59,080 nt of DNA, taken from a virus. Its lineage: Duplodnaviria > Caudoviricetes. The notes under the pieces are model-generated. The model had not been told where the DNA came from. It saw nothing but the letters and a program-made list of their open reading frames with translations, and ran no database searches. The stretch spans positions 1-59,080 of the IMG/VR virus record IMGVR_UViG_3300031965_000032. One strand, 5' to 3'. Both the position numbers and the translations under genes were made by a program. This document shows positions 44,352-52,793 of this stretch, piece after piece; position 1 is the stretch's first letter; the number at the start of each line of letters is the position of its first letter.

Positions 44352-45335
44352 CTACCTGATCGGCCTCACGACGAAACCAACATCGGCGAAGACCGCCGCG
44401 AAGCGATCGCTTTCCTCGCCGAAATAGAAGAACGCTTGGCCTTGCGTGGGCGCGGCAATGGTTCCCTCGGCGTCGTAAAATCTGATCCGGCCGCGTGTGA
44501 AGCAGATTGCATCGGCAACCGCAGCCGCCTCCTGAAACCAAGCGGTGTCGGTGTAGTTGTGAGTCAGCATGATTGCCGCAACGACGCGGCCGGCGTTACG
44601 CTCCTGCACCATCTTGGAAACGAAGTCGGCGATGTGCGGCTGCGCATACGGCGGATTAAGCCAAACACGCCCATGCCACTGCCGCTTCAAGCCATCGTCT
44701 TCAATCGAGAAGTATTCGATTGCCGAAACCTTCTCTTGAGCGGCATCGCTGCTGGCCGGATCAAGGTCGATCCCACCGAGGACCTGTCGTGCCAAAGAAA
44801 GATATTCGTCCGGCGTGTACCACTCGTTTTCGCCAGTGCCGAACGTGCCGCGGACATGCTTGCTGGCGGCGAGAAGATCGACGCTGACGCGATCGTTGTC
44901 GGCCTCGATACGCTCGCGTCGCTCGCTCAGAATCGTCTCGAATTTCTGTTCCGGAATCGCAGCGTACTTGCGCGCCCGATCGGCCAAGTGCTTGTCGATG
45001 CCGGCGGACAAGAGAGTGGGGGTATCGTCTTTAGGTGGGTCCGATTTCGACCCGCCTAAACTTGGGCGGCCCTTTCCGGCAGTGCCCTTCGCCAACCCCA
45101 CCGTCTCGCGCTGCGCCTCCATCATCTCGCCGAGCCGCCGTTCCGCACGGAAGCGGATTTCGGAGGCGTCTATTTCCAATTGCTTGTTCTTCGCCTGCCG
45201 CGCGTAAGCGCGCATCGCATCGGCTTTGTCGCGAATGTCTTTCACTTCATCGATGGACTTCGCCTCTGACAATGCGCGGCAGGCGGCGTCGTATCGCGTG
45301 AGCACACTATTGGCGACGCGGGCTAGTCCTGTCAT
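44352..45335 (-). CDS. Phage Dam-family N6-adenine DNA methyltransferase with helical N-terminal domain
   Basis: EWYTP, IDLDPAS, DGLKRQWHGRVWLNPPY, TDTAWF, GRIRF. Confidence 0.9.
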   Translation of the reverse strand: MTGLARVANSVLTRYDAACRALSEAKSIDEVKDIRDKADAMRAYARQAKNKQLEIDASEIRFRAERRLGEMMEAQRETVGLAKGTAGKGRPSLGGSKSDPPKDDTPTLLSAGIDKHLADRARKYAAIPEQKFETILSERRERIEADNDRVSVDLLAASKHVRGTFGTGENEWYTPDEYLSLARQVLGGIDLDPASSDAAQEKVSAIEYFSIEDDGLKRQWHGRVWLNPPYAQPHIADFVSKMVQERNAGRVVAAIMLTHNYTDTAWFQEAAAVADAICFTRGRIRFYDAEGTIAAPTQGQAFFYFGEESDRFAAVFADVGFVVRPIR

Positions 45336-45685
45336 TTGCTAACCTTCGACGACGTGCCGTTACCCTTGCCAACAGCAGCCTCAGCCGCAGCCACAGCACG
45401 GTGAGAAGCGCCGGCTTTCGCTTTCGTGATTTTGATTTCATGCTGAAGTCGCCGAATCTGTCGTTCGCGTTCCGCCTCGTAGGCGGCGTGAATCTGAAAA
45501 TAGATCGAAGCCGTGATCTCTCTCGGCCTGCGATAACGCAAACTCCAGAACACTCGCCAAGGAACGCCGTAGCGCGCCTCAAGCCGGCGCCACGCATTCA
45601 CCATGTCGCCCGGGCCGCGCGCTTCGGAGCGCGTCAACCCCTTCGCCCACTCGGCCGCTTCGTCGACGTAGGCGGTGTCAGACAT
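45332..45685 (-). CDS. Putative CII-like DNA-binding protein
   Basis: EARGPGDMVNAWRRLEARYGV...LRYR pattern; downstream of cro. Confidence 0.55.
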   Translation of the reverse strand: MSDTAYVDEAAEWAKGLTRSEARGPGDMVNAWRRLEARYGVPWRVFWSLRYRRPREITASIYFQIHAAYEAERERQIRRLQHEIKITKAKAGASHRAVAAAEAAVGKGNGTSSKVSK

Positions 45686-46198
45686 CGGGCGACCGCCATG
45701 AAAAGGAATTTTCCACACGCGCAAAACCCTCCATGCCACTATGACCGTGTTCGACACGGTTCACGGCGGAGCACGCGGCGCGCCAACGCCGTCGGCTCCG
45801 GGGCATGGAAGGATCGTCTGTCATGGTGCCGCGGCCCTCTCGGCAGAGCCGTTCGGCTGCCAGCCTGCGCGCGGTGCGGTCATGACGCGTCGCAGAGGGC
45901 AAGAGCGGCGGAGCGAGTCATGCAAATAGGTGCCGGGGTTTTCCCGTCCCGGCCCGGGGTCACCGTCCGCCCGGTGACGAGCCTACTAGCGCACTCCACT
46001 TTGCCCTGCCCTTGCGGGCCTCCATTGGGCATCGCTTCATCGTGCGCGTTCGCGTGGGATGTCATGACCATCGCCCCGCGGTGCGACAACTATTCACGGT
46101 TTTATGGTTTACACGCCGCAATTTGTGGCAGTAGCATCCCCCTGGGGCGTACAGGGGGAGGAAACCATGCTGGTGCAGTTGTTTCCGAAGGGGGGGCG

Positions 46199-46435
46199 TC
46201 ATACAGCCTCCAAGGTGGAGGCGGGCTCGGGCGGGTACAGGTCCGGCCTCAATTCGGATCGGGGGATACCGGTGGCGCGCTCGATCTCGACCACGCGCTC
46301 TGCCGGAATCGATCCCTCTTCCCAGCGCAATACTGTGGTCTTGTTCACATCAAAGAATTCCGCCAGACGCTCAAGCGTCAACGGCGGATTGCTCGCCAAT
46401 CGGAATTTGCGGATGGGGCTTAGCTTGCTCATCAC
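46199..46435 (-). CDS. Cro/YdaS-like HTH regulator
   Basis: LTLERLAEFFDVNKTTVLRWE...IPAERV...ELRPDLY. Confidence 0.88.
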   Translation of the reverse strand: MMSKLSPIRKFRLASNPPLTLERLAEFFDVNKTTVLRWEEGSIPAERVVEIERATGIPRSELRPDLYPPEPASTLEAV

Positions 46436-46439
46436 GCAA

Positions 46440-46470
46440 CACGTTGCGCGAAACGCAACCCTTTGTCAAG
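46440..46470 (-). promoter_or_regulatory. Leftward early promoter (TTGACA) with operator GTTGCG-N5-CGCAAC at 46443-46459
   Basis: Minus strand CTTGACAAAGGGTTGCGTTTCGCGCAACGTG directly before cro. Confidence 0.8.
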
Positions 46471-46526
46471 ACCGAGTTGCCTTTGGCGCTAACGACCTGC
46501 CGGGCAGCCCGTGGCAAGTGTTGGGT

Positions 46527-46784
46527 ATGGGCAAGTTCCACTACATCCCGGAATGGGCACACCAGGCCGACAAAATACAGGCCGACATTGTGGAGGCAAC
46601 GGGTGCCGATAAGGCGAACGTCTCCCGCTGGTGGGATGGTGTCATTCCCACAAACAAATATTTGGAACTCCTTGCTCCCGTCCTAGGGGCTCCGGAGCCG
46701 GCCGCCCTATTCGTTCACCCCGCAGAATACAAAATACTTGTGGAAATTAGGGCACTTACGGTTAGGTCAGACACCGCCGCCTAG
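46527..46784 (+). CDS. Short XRE-family repressor (CI-like, no S24 domain)
   Basis: YIPEW...QADIVEATGADKANVSRWWDG HTH; divergent from cro; 85 aa. Confidence 0.8.
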   Translation: MGKFHYIPEWAHQADKIQADIVEATGADKANVSRWWDGVIPTNKYLELLAPVLGAPEPAALFVHPAEYKILVEIRALTVRSDTAA

Positions 46785-46787
46785 TCT

Positions 46788-46841
46788 GTTGCGCCCTTCG
46801 CAACAATTTGCTTGACTTACGGTTGCGTTTCGCGCAACGTG
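46788..46841 (+). promoter_or_regulatory. Rightward early promoter (TTGACT) with two operators at 46788-46804 and 46822-46838
   Basis: GTTGCGCCCTTCGCAAC and GTTGCGTTTCGCGCAAC flank CTTGAC. Confidence 0.8.
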
Positions 46842-46937
46842 GTCTCTGTTCAACAGGGACCGCCTGCCCATGCGCGCCTTTCACCCTTTGGTCGATCTTT
46901 TCCCGCTGCACGGCCTGCGGCGCTGCGGGGAGGTCAG

Positions 46938-47198
46938 ATGATGGCCGCCGAGCGCCCTATCGTCGGTTACTTCAACTGGCGAACTGACATGCGAGGCCGC
47001 CTCGTTCCAGAAAAGATTCTGAAGGAACACAGAGACGCGGCGGTGAGTTCGGCGAACCATCAACAGGTCGAGCACTACCAGTATAATTTGGTGACGGAGA
47101 TTCCGCTCGACGAAGCTCATTGGGCCATGACGCTCGATGAACTGCTGGAACGGTATCCAGCACCGGGCCACGCGCTTCGGGGCGCCGCCGATGTCTGA
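46938..47198 (+). CDS. Hypothetical protein, first gene of the rightward early operon
   Basis: GGAGG SD before MMAAERP. Confidence 0.65.
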   Translation: MMAAERPIVGYFNWRTDMRGRLVPEKILKEHRDAAVSSANHQQVEHYQYNLVTEIPLDEAHWAMTLDELLERYPAPGHALRGAADV

Positions 47199-47343
47199 GC
47201 CTATCACAATCCTGCTGGACCGCATTCAGTCGCTCGCCGCGCAGGTCGAGCGGCAGAGCATTGCGTGGTCCTACGGACATTCCGGCGGTTACCAAGAGGT
47301 TGCAAACCGCTACGCCAAACTTGTGGAGTTGATCGCACCATGA
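47191..47343 (+). CDS. Small hypothetical protein
   Basis: Overlaps both neighbours; MSEPITILL. Confidence 0.5.
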   Translation: MSEPITILLDRIQSLAAQVERQSIAWSYGHSGGYQEVANRYAKLVELIAP

Positions 47344-47525
47344 CCATGCCTGACACCGACGCCCTCACCCGCTGGGCATCCTATCCAGCCCCCCATGCGA
47401 AACGGACGCTATGCCCGTACTGCGGGCGCACGTTCACGGCGGTCTGCGGTGAGGACAATCACCTGGGATGCGGACGGTATCTGGCCGCGATGCTCACGCC
47501 GGCGCGGGAGAAGACCGATGCCTAA
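47340..47525 (+). CDS. Small zinc-finger-like protein
   Basis: CPYCG...C...H..C; ATGA coupling. Confidence 0.5.
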   Translation: MTMPDTDALTRWASYPAPHAKRTLCPYCGRTFTAVCGEDNHLGCGRYLAAMLTPAREKTDA

Positions 47526-47889
47526 CACCAAAGCAACGCCGGGACCGTGGATCGCAGACGTGACAATTATTAGTCACGGTGGTTTGAAGGCAGCCGAGCA
47601 AAACATCAGAATCCACGCTGGCGAAACGATCATCGCAGACTATCGTATAGAGATATTCACAATCGGACGTATCGAAGAGAATGCTGCCAACGCCTACACG
47701 ATGGCCGCAGCATGGGACCTACTTGAAGCCGCGCGTTTGCTTGAAACCGCAGAGCACAATCGTCAGTTCTGCGACGAGTGCGAAGATGAGGGCGAGCCAG
47801 AGGCGTGCAGCAAATGCTTTCCAGCCTTCGATGACGCGAGGGTGATGCGCAGGCTCGCCATCGCCAAAGCGGAGAACCGCGATGGTTGA
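47518..47889 (+). CDS. Hypothetical phage protein (TPGPW family)
   Basis: TPGPW...ANA..MAAA.DLLEA motif plus CxxC pairs. Confidence 0.7.
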   Translation: MPNTKATPGPWIADVTIISHGGLKAAEQNIRIHAGETIIADYRIEIFTIGRIEENAANAYTMAAAWDLLEAARLLETAEHNRQFCDECEDEGEPEACSKCFPAFDDARVMRRLAIAKAENRDG

Positions 47890-48139
47890 CACCGATCGCA
47901 AGTGGGCCGGCGACCTCGATCGTCAACAGCAGATAGTCCAGTGGTTTATCGCCAACACGGCGGGGGACGAGCCGGTCGATATCGTCGGCGCCTGCGAGAC
48001 GATCCTGTCCAACCTCGTGAAGGTGAACGCGCCTGACTGCGCCGCAGCGGAGCGCCAGATCGACAGTATCGCCCAGGACATGAAGCAGACGGTCCGCGAA
48101 TGCTTTGCGCCGGCTGATGCGGAGGAGATGCGGCAATGA
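47882..48139 (+). CDS. Hypothetical protein
   Basis: Coupled ORF with GGAG SD. Confidence 0.6.
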   Translation: MVDTDRKWAGDLDRQQQIVQWFIANTAGDEPVDIVGACETILSNLVKVNAPDCAAAERQIDSIAQDMKQTVRECFAPADAEEMRQ

Positions 48140-48447
48140 TCAATTGGGAACGTTCAGGCCGCATAATTAGCGGATCGAAGCGCGGACCAAAAGGGCATGT
48201 GTGCGTCTTCAATGCGAATGTCTGCACCAAGTCGCAGGGAAAGATTTGGTTTGGCGACATCGACTTGACAGACGATGCGGCGGACCTAGCGCGGCTTGCT
48301 GCCGAGAAGCGAGAGGACGTTTACGTGCTCCGCGAAAAGGATGCGCGGTTCATGAACGAGGCCGCCCCAAAGTTTGAGAACGCCGTCGCTGTTATGAGCC
48401 CGGCAGGCGACATGACCATCGATCCAAAGGCACGACCAGAAGGGTGA
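48136..48447 (+). CDS. Hypothetical phage protein
   Basis: GRIISGSK...FNAN...KIWFGDIDLT...YVLREKD.RF pattern. Confidence 0.7.
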   Translation: MINWERSGRIISGSKRGPKGHVCVFNANVCTKSQGKIWFGDIDLTDDAADLARLAAEKREDVYVLREKDARFMNEAAPKFENAVAVMSPAGDMTIDPKARPEG

Positions 48448-48453
48448 CGAAAC

Positions 48454-48768
48454 ATGACTACACTCACCCGCATTGTTTTCAGTTACATCGATGCTCTGCG
48501 CCAGCCCGACGTATTCGAGCGGTCTGTCTACCTTACCTGCGAGATCGAAGCGGCATGCCAGAAGGCAAAGCAGGCCGCGATGGCGATGAAGGTCGGCAGA
48601 ATCACGCGCTCGCACGCCGGGATGAAGGCTGCGGCCGAGGAACTTGAGCGGCATCTGCGCCAGGCGCGATCGATGAACGATGCCCTGCAGATCGTTCTCG
48701 CTCAGGACCGCACGGCGGCGGTGATTAACACCGTGCTCGCAGAGTGTGCAGGGGAGGGGGAAATCTAG
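48454..48768 (+). CDS. Hypothetical helical protein
   Basis: 104-aa ORF in the operon. Confidence 0.6.
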   Translation: MTTLTRIVFSYIDALRQPDVFERSVYLTCEIEAACQKAKQAAMAMKVGRITRSHAGMKAAAEELERHLRQARSMNDALQIVLAQDRTAAVINTVLAECAGEGEI

Positions 48769-49293
48769 ATGCCGAGGCGGATGACGCAAATTGAAGGGTT
48801 GGTGAGAATCGGCCCGGCGAGGGTCATTCTGGAAAGTCCATACGCTGGGAAGTCAGAATGGCGAATGGTCGCATTCTTTCAGCGTTGGCTTAATCGTCGA
48901 TACGCGCGCCGCTGTGTGCACGATTCTCTTTCGCGCGGGGAAGCCCCGATAGCCTCACATCTGCTCTACACACAGCCTGGAATTTTGCTCGATGACGTTC
49001 CGCAAAAGGGTGGCCTTTGGTTGAGCGGCTTGCCGGGCATAGACGCCGGACTGGCGTGGCGGGACGTTGCGGAGGCCTGCGTCGTCTACACCGATCGCGG
49101 CACCAGCAAGGGCATGGAATACGGGATCGCCGCCGCGCGCGCTGCTGGGATTCCGGTCGAGATGCGGTCGATTGAAACGTGCCACGCGCGGCGGCAGTTC
49201 GGCGACACGATGGTCTGCGACCCATGCAACCTCCGTTGGGACATGAACGATCTGGCGCCGCCGCGATGCCGGAGGGTAGGCAATGCCGGTTGA
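48769..49293 (+). CDS. Nucleoside 2-deoxyribosyltransferase-like (DUF7768/DUF4406-like) protein
   Basis: VILESPYAG...GEAPIASHLLY...VYTDRGTSKGMEYGI. Confidence 0.7.
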   Translation: MPRRMTQIEGLVRIGPARVILESPYAGKSEWRMVAFFQRWLNRRYARRCVHDSLSRGEAPIASHLLYTQPGILLDDVPQKGGLWLSGLPGIDAGLAWRDVAEACVVYTDRGTSKGMEYGIAAARAAGIPVEMRSIETCHARRQFGDTMVCDPCNLRWDMNDLAPPRCRRVGNAG

Positions 49294-49549
49294 TCACGCC
49301 GACACTAACGACATCCTGAATCGCTTGTGGGACGAGATCGCTGGCTGGCCGAAGATTGAGCTGCCAAGCGCCGTCGTTCAGGTCCGGGCTGACTTGGTTA
49401 CGCAAGCCTACTCTGAGATCGATGAGCTTCGGTCCATGCTTGAGCGCGGCTTAGCAGCAACAAGGTCTTCTGCCGGGTCGTACGAGAAAATGAACTTTCA
49501 GCGTGACGCGACGATCGCAATCTCTTCTTGGTCTAAGGGGCGCGGCTGA
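49283..49549 (+). CDS. Hypothetical protein
   Basis: Coupled ORF. Confidence 0.55.
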   Translation: MPVDHADTNDILNRLWDEIAGWPKIELPSAVVQVRADLVTQAYSEIDELRSMLERGLAATRSSAGSYEKMNFQRDATIAISSWSKGRG

Positions 49550-50463
49550 TGGCTATTGAGAAAATCCAGATCACCGATCGAGAGTCGTGGCTAAAGCTGC
49601 GCCAGCAAGACATAACCGCTTCCGTCGCCGGCGCGTTGCTGTCTGACCATTCCGGTGGCGCTGGTCGCCGAGTTCACCCATACGCCACGGCATACGCTTT
49701 GTGGATGCTCAAGAGCGGCCGGATCACAGACGACGCCGAGGAAACTCCGCCAATGAGACGCGGGCGACTCCTAGAAAGTGTCGCCGTACAGATGCTGCGA
49801 GAAGACCGGCCAGAGTGGAAGATAGAACCTTACCCGGTCGGTTTCTACTTCCGAGATCCCGCAGCGCGCGTCGGCAAGCCGCTGGTGGTTCAGATCAAGT
49901 CCGTCGAGGCCAGCGTGTTCCGCCAGGAGTGGCACGACGAGCAAGGCGACGTGACGCCGCCGCTCTGGATCGTGGTCCAAGCAATTCTTGAGGCCAAGCT
50001 GACCGGCGCCGAGCGCGCGTTCGTGGCTCCGCTCGTTGTCAGCTACGGCCTCGACATGCCGATCATCGAGGTTCCGATCCACTCCGGCGTCTACGATCGC
50101 GTGAAGGCGGAGGTTGCGGCCTTTTGGGCGCTTGTCGAATCCGGCACCGCCCCCGATCCAGACCTCGCGCGAGACGGCGAGATCATCGCTCGCATTTTTC
50201 CTCGCGACGACGGCAGCGTAATTGATTTGTCAGGCGACAACCAGATGCCGGAGCTGGTCGACCAGCTAGTGACGGCGCGGGCCGACATAAAATCAGCCGT
50301 CGCGCGCGAGAAGGAAGCCAAAGGCGGAATCTTGGCGAAGATGGGCGCGGCCTCGTTCGCCAGAATCGCGGATGGCAGAAGGGTGAGTTGCAAGTTGATA
50401 CAGCGGTCCGGGTATTCGGTCGGGCCGACTGCGTTCCGGGCAACGAAGATAATCAGCAGGTAG
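49549..50463 (+). CDS. YqaJ/lambda-exonuclease family protein, apparently lacking the PD catalytic segment
   Basis: RESWLKLRQQDITAS, MRRGRLLE, QIKS and PP...Q motifs present; no (S/T)PD before QIK. Confidence 0.75.
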   Translation: MAIEKIQITDRESWLKLRQQDITASVAGALLSDHSGGAGRRVHPYATAYALWMLKSGRITDDAEETPPMRRGRLLESVAVQMLREDRPEWKIEPYPVGFYFRDPAARVGKPLVVQIKSVEASVFRQEWHDEQGDVTPPLWIVVQAILEAKLTGAERAFVAPLVVSYGLDMPIIEVPIHSGVYDRVKAEVAAFWALVESGTAPDPDLARDGEIIARIFPRDDGSVIDLSGDNQMPELVDQLVTARADIKSAVAREKEAKGGILAKMGAASFARIADGRRVSCKLIQRSGYSVGPTAFRATKIISR

Positions 50464-50472
50464 GTAGGACCG

Positions 50473-50772
50473 ATGACAGAAAAAACCGTTACCACTTACA
50501 ATGGCTTCGACAGCTCGCTCCACACTGCGCAGAGCCGCTATGCCGTGCTCAAGCAGTTGGGCCAACTCAGCACCACTGTAGCAGGTCGCCGATGCAGCGC
50601 TCCGGTCGCCGGTAGAGGCGCGGTCGGCTGCGTTCTATTTCTCGTCTACCGCGATCCTGACACAGACGAAATCCTGCACGCATGGGCTGGCATTGCCGGC
50701 CAGAATGGTATCAAGCCGCAATCTTGGTACATCCTCGGCGCGGATGGCAAGCCGGTTGAGGTTGTGGAATGA
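50473..50772 (+). pseudogene. Internally deleted DUF7666-like phage protein
   Basis: N-terminal YNGFDSSL and C-terminal GIAGQNGIKPQSWYIL match the two ends of the YKGFD...GIKPDTWY family; the middle is missing. Confidence 0.5.
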
Positions 50773-51533
50773 ACGCCCCCGCCAACATCCCCGCATCCGG
50801 CGACAACACCCGCCCGCTGATCACCGCCGACGCGCTGAGGCAGGATTTCGCGCACGTCGAAAAGTTCATTGCCGAGCTTGAGGCTGAGGCCAAGAAGGTT
50901 CCTCCAGTGATCGAAGACGACGACGATCTCGCGCTTGTCAGTGCGGTGGTGCCGAAGCTCTCCGCAGCAGGCCGGCGCGTCGACAAGGTTCGCGATGAAA
51001 CGAAGCGGCCATACCTGGAGTCGGGGCGCGTCATCGATGCCTGGTTCAAGGCGATCGAGAAGCGGGTCACCGATCTGCAAGCCGCACTGGAACGTCGCGG
51101 CAAGGCGTATCTCGACAAGAAGCGCGCCGCCGAGGAAGCGAAGCGCCGGGCCGAAGAGGCAAGGCTTCGCGAGGAGTCGGAACGCAAGGTGCGGGAGGCC
51201 GTCGAGGCCGCGAAGGCCGGAGAGGTAGAGCGGGCTGCTGTTGCCCAGGTCGCATCCGAAGAAGCCGAGAGCCGCGCCGAAGCCGCTGCGGCGCCGGTGA
51301 AGGCCGCCGATCTCGCGCGGACGCATACCGCCGGTGGCACGGCTACGCTTGCCGAGACATGGACGTTTGAGATCGAAGACCTCGGCAAGATCGACCTCAA
51401 TATGCTGCGGCCGTTCTTCACCTACGACCAAATGGAAATGGCCGTGCGAAAGTTCGTCAAGGCGAACCAGGACAAGCGCGCGATCGAGGGTGTGCGAGTC
51501 TACCGAGATACAACGGCGCGATTCCGCGCGTGA
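50769..51533 (+). CDS. Coiled-coil recombination-module protein
   Basis: KRPYLESGRVIDAWF, long EAR-rich coil, IEGVRVY C-terminus. Confidence 0.75.
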   Translation: MNAPANIPASGDNTRPLITADALRQDFAHVEKFIAELEAEAKKVPPVIEDDDDLALVSAVVPKLSAAGRRVDKVRDETKRPYLESGRVIDAWFKAIEKRVTDLQAALERRGKAYLDKKRAAEEAKRRAEEARLREESERKVREAVEAAKAGEVERAAVAQVASEEAESRAEAAAAPVKAADLARTHTAGGTATLAETWTFEIEDLGKIDLNMLRPFFTYDQMEMAVRKFVKANQDKRAIEGVRVYRDTTARFRA

Positions 51534-52789
51534 TGGAGAAGATCAATATGGCACAGAACGACGCGATTGAAAGAGACGACCGGCGCGCTTCGCTTGACGC
51601 ATTCGCAAACACCCGATCCAATCAGCCGGTATCGGCACCGGCAGTCAGACCGCTCGCCGCGCCGGCTGATCGCGTGTTCGGGGCACAGGCCGTGGCGGTC
51701 TACCGCGACGAAGCCCGCATCCTGCAGAAGCTTTCGGCGCTCGGTGCCGCGGCTGGAAGCGATTGGTTCTATCGCTACCCCGTGAAAAACAAGAAGCAAA
51801 ACCGCACCGACTGGATCGAGGGAGCGTCAATCAAGCTCGCGAACGACGTGGCGCGCATCTATGGCAACTGCGACGTGGACGTGAGGGTCATTGATATCGG
51901 CGACTCGTGGCTGTTCTACGCGCGCTTCAACGATTTCGAGAGCGGATACTCTCTGACGCGGCCGTTCCAGCAACAGAAGGGAGCCGGCACGATCGGCGGT
52001 GACGACAACGCCCGCAGGCTCGATATCGCGTTCCAGATCGGCGCGTCGAAGGCTATCCGCAACGTCGTGGTGAACGCACTACAGACGTACTCTGATTATG
52101 CTTTTGATCAAGCGCGCAATTCTCTTGTCGAGCGCATCGGCAAGGAGATCGACCGGTGGCGAGATCGCACGGTCCAAGGGATCGCGAATCTCGGCGTTGA
52201 CTTGGTGCGCGTTGAGACTGTCCTAGGCAGGTCGGCGAAAGACTGGACCGCGCCAGACGTGGCAAAGGTAATCGCGATGATGAAGGCGATCTCGGATGGA
52301 ATGGCGACAGTCGATGACACTTTCCCATCGAAGGACGCCAAGCCCGCGCGCACCCTAAACGAAACCCTTGACGAATTGGCCAGCAAGAAGAACGACGAAC
52401 CATCCGATCCAGAAACCGGCAAGCTCTCCGCCGACACCGCTACGCCGCAGCCGGTCGATCCCTCCCCTGCGGCTGGCCAGCCCGCTCCCGAAACATCCGG
52501 TGGCCCCCTGCCGGACACGACGGGGGCGGGCGAGGCCGGAGGCAACAAGAGCAAAGCGAAGGCGAAGCCTGACGAAGGCAACGCCGGCGACTTGGCGCCG
52601 GAGACCGCCGCGCAGTATCGAAGCTTCGCGACCGCATGGATCGCTGCGGCCGATGACGCCGACGCTGCCGAGGCGCGCTGGAAGCAAGAAAAGAAATACC
52701 GCAACTCGCTCAACGTCGAGCCTGGAGTCCGGGACGAACTCGAAGCGGCGTTGAAGGCGAAGGTTGCGGGACTGCGGAAGGGTGAGTGA
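51530..52789 (+). CDS. Putative single-strand annealing/recombination protein
   Basis: FYRYP...IEGASIKLA...YGN...SKAIRNVV core with long acidic Pro-rich tail; follows the exonuclease. Confidence 0.65.
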   Translation: MMEKINMAQNDAIERDDRRASLDAFANTRSNQPVSAPAVRPLAAPADRVFGAQAVAVYRDEARILQKLSALGAAAGSDWFYRYPVKNKKQNRTDWIEGASIKLANDVARIYGNCDVDVRVIDIGDSWLFYARFNDFESGYSLTRPFQQQKGAGTIGGDDNARRLDIAFQIGASKAIRNVVVNALQTYSDYAFDQARNSLVERIGKEIDRWRDRTVQGIANLGVDLVRVETVLGRSAKDWTAPDVAKVIAMMKAISDGMATVDDTFPSKDAKPARTLNETLDELASKKNDEPSDPETGKLSADTATPQPVDPSPAAGQPAPETSGGPLPDTTGAGEAGGNKSKAKAKPDEGNAGDLAPETAAQYRSFATAWIAAADDADAAEARWKQEKKYRNSLNVEPGVRDELEAALKAKVAGLRKGE

Positions 52790-52793
52790 TCCG

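Noticed and set aside
45690-46190. Small ORFs or ncRNA between cro and the CII-like gene
   Set aside because: Several short overlapping frames and GC hairpins, none with enough support to call
46104-46526. 226-aa repressor starting at 46104
   Set aside because: The extension lies antisense to cro and spans the operators; the HTH protein most plausibly starts at 46527
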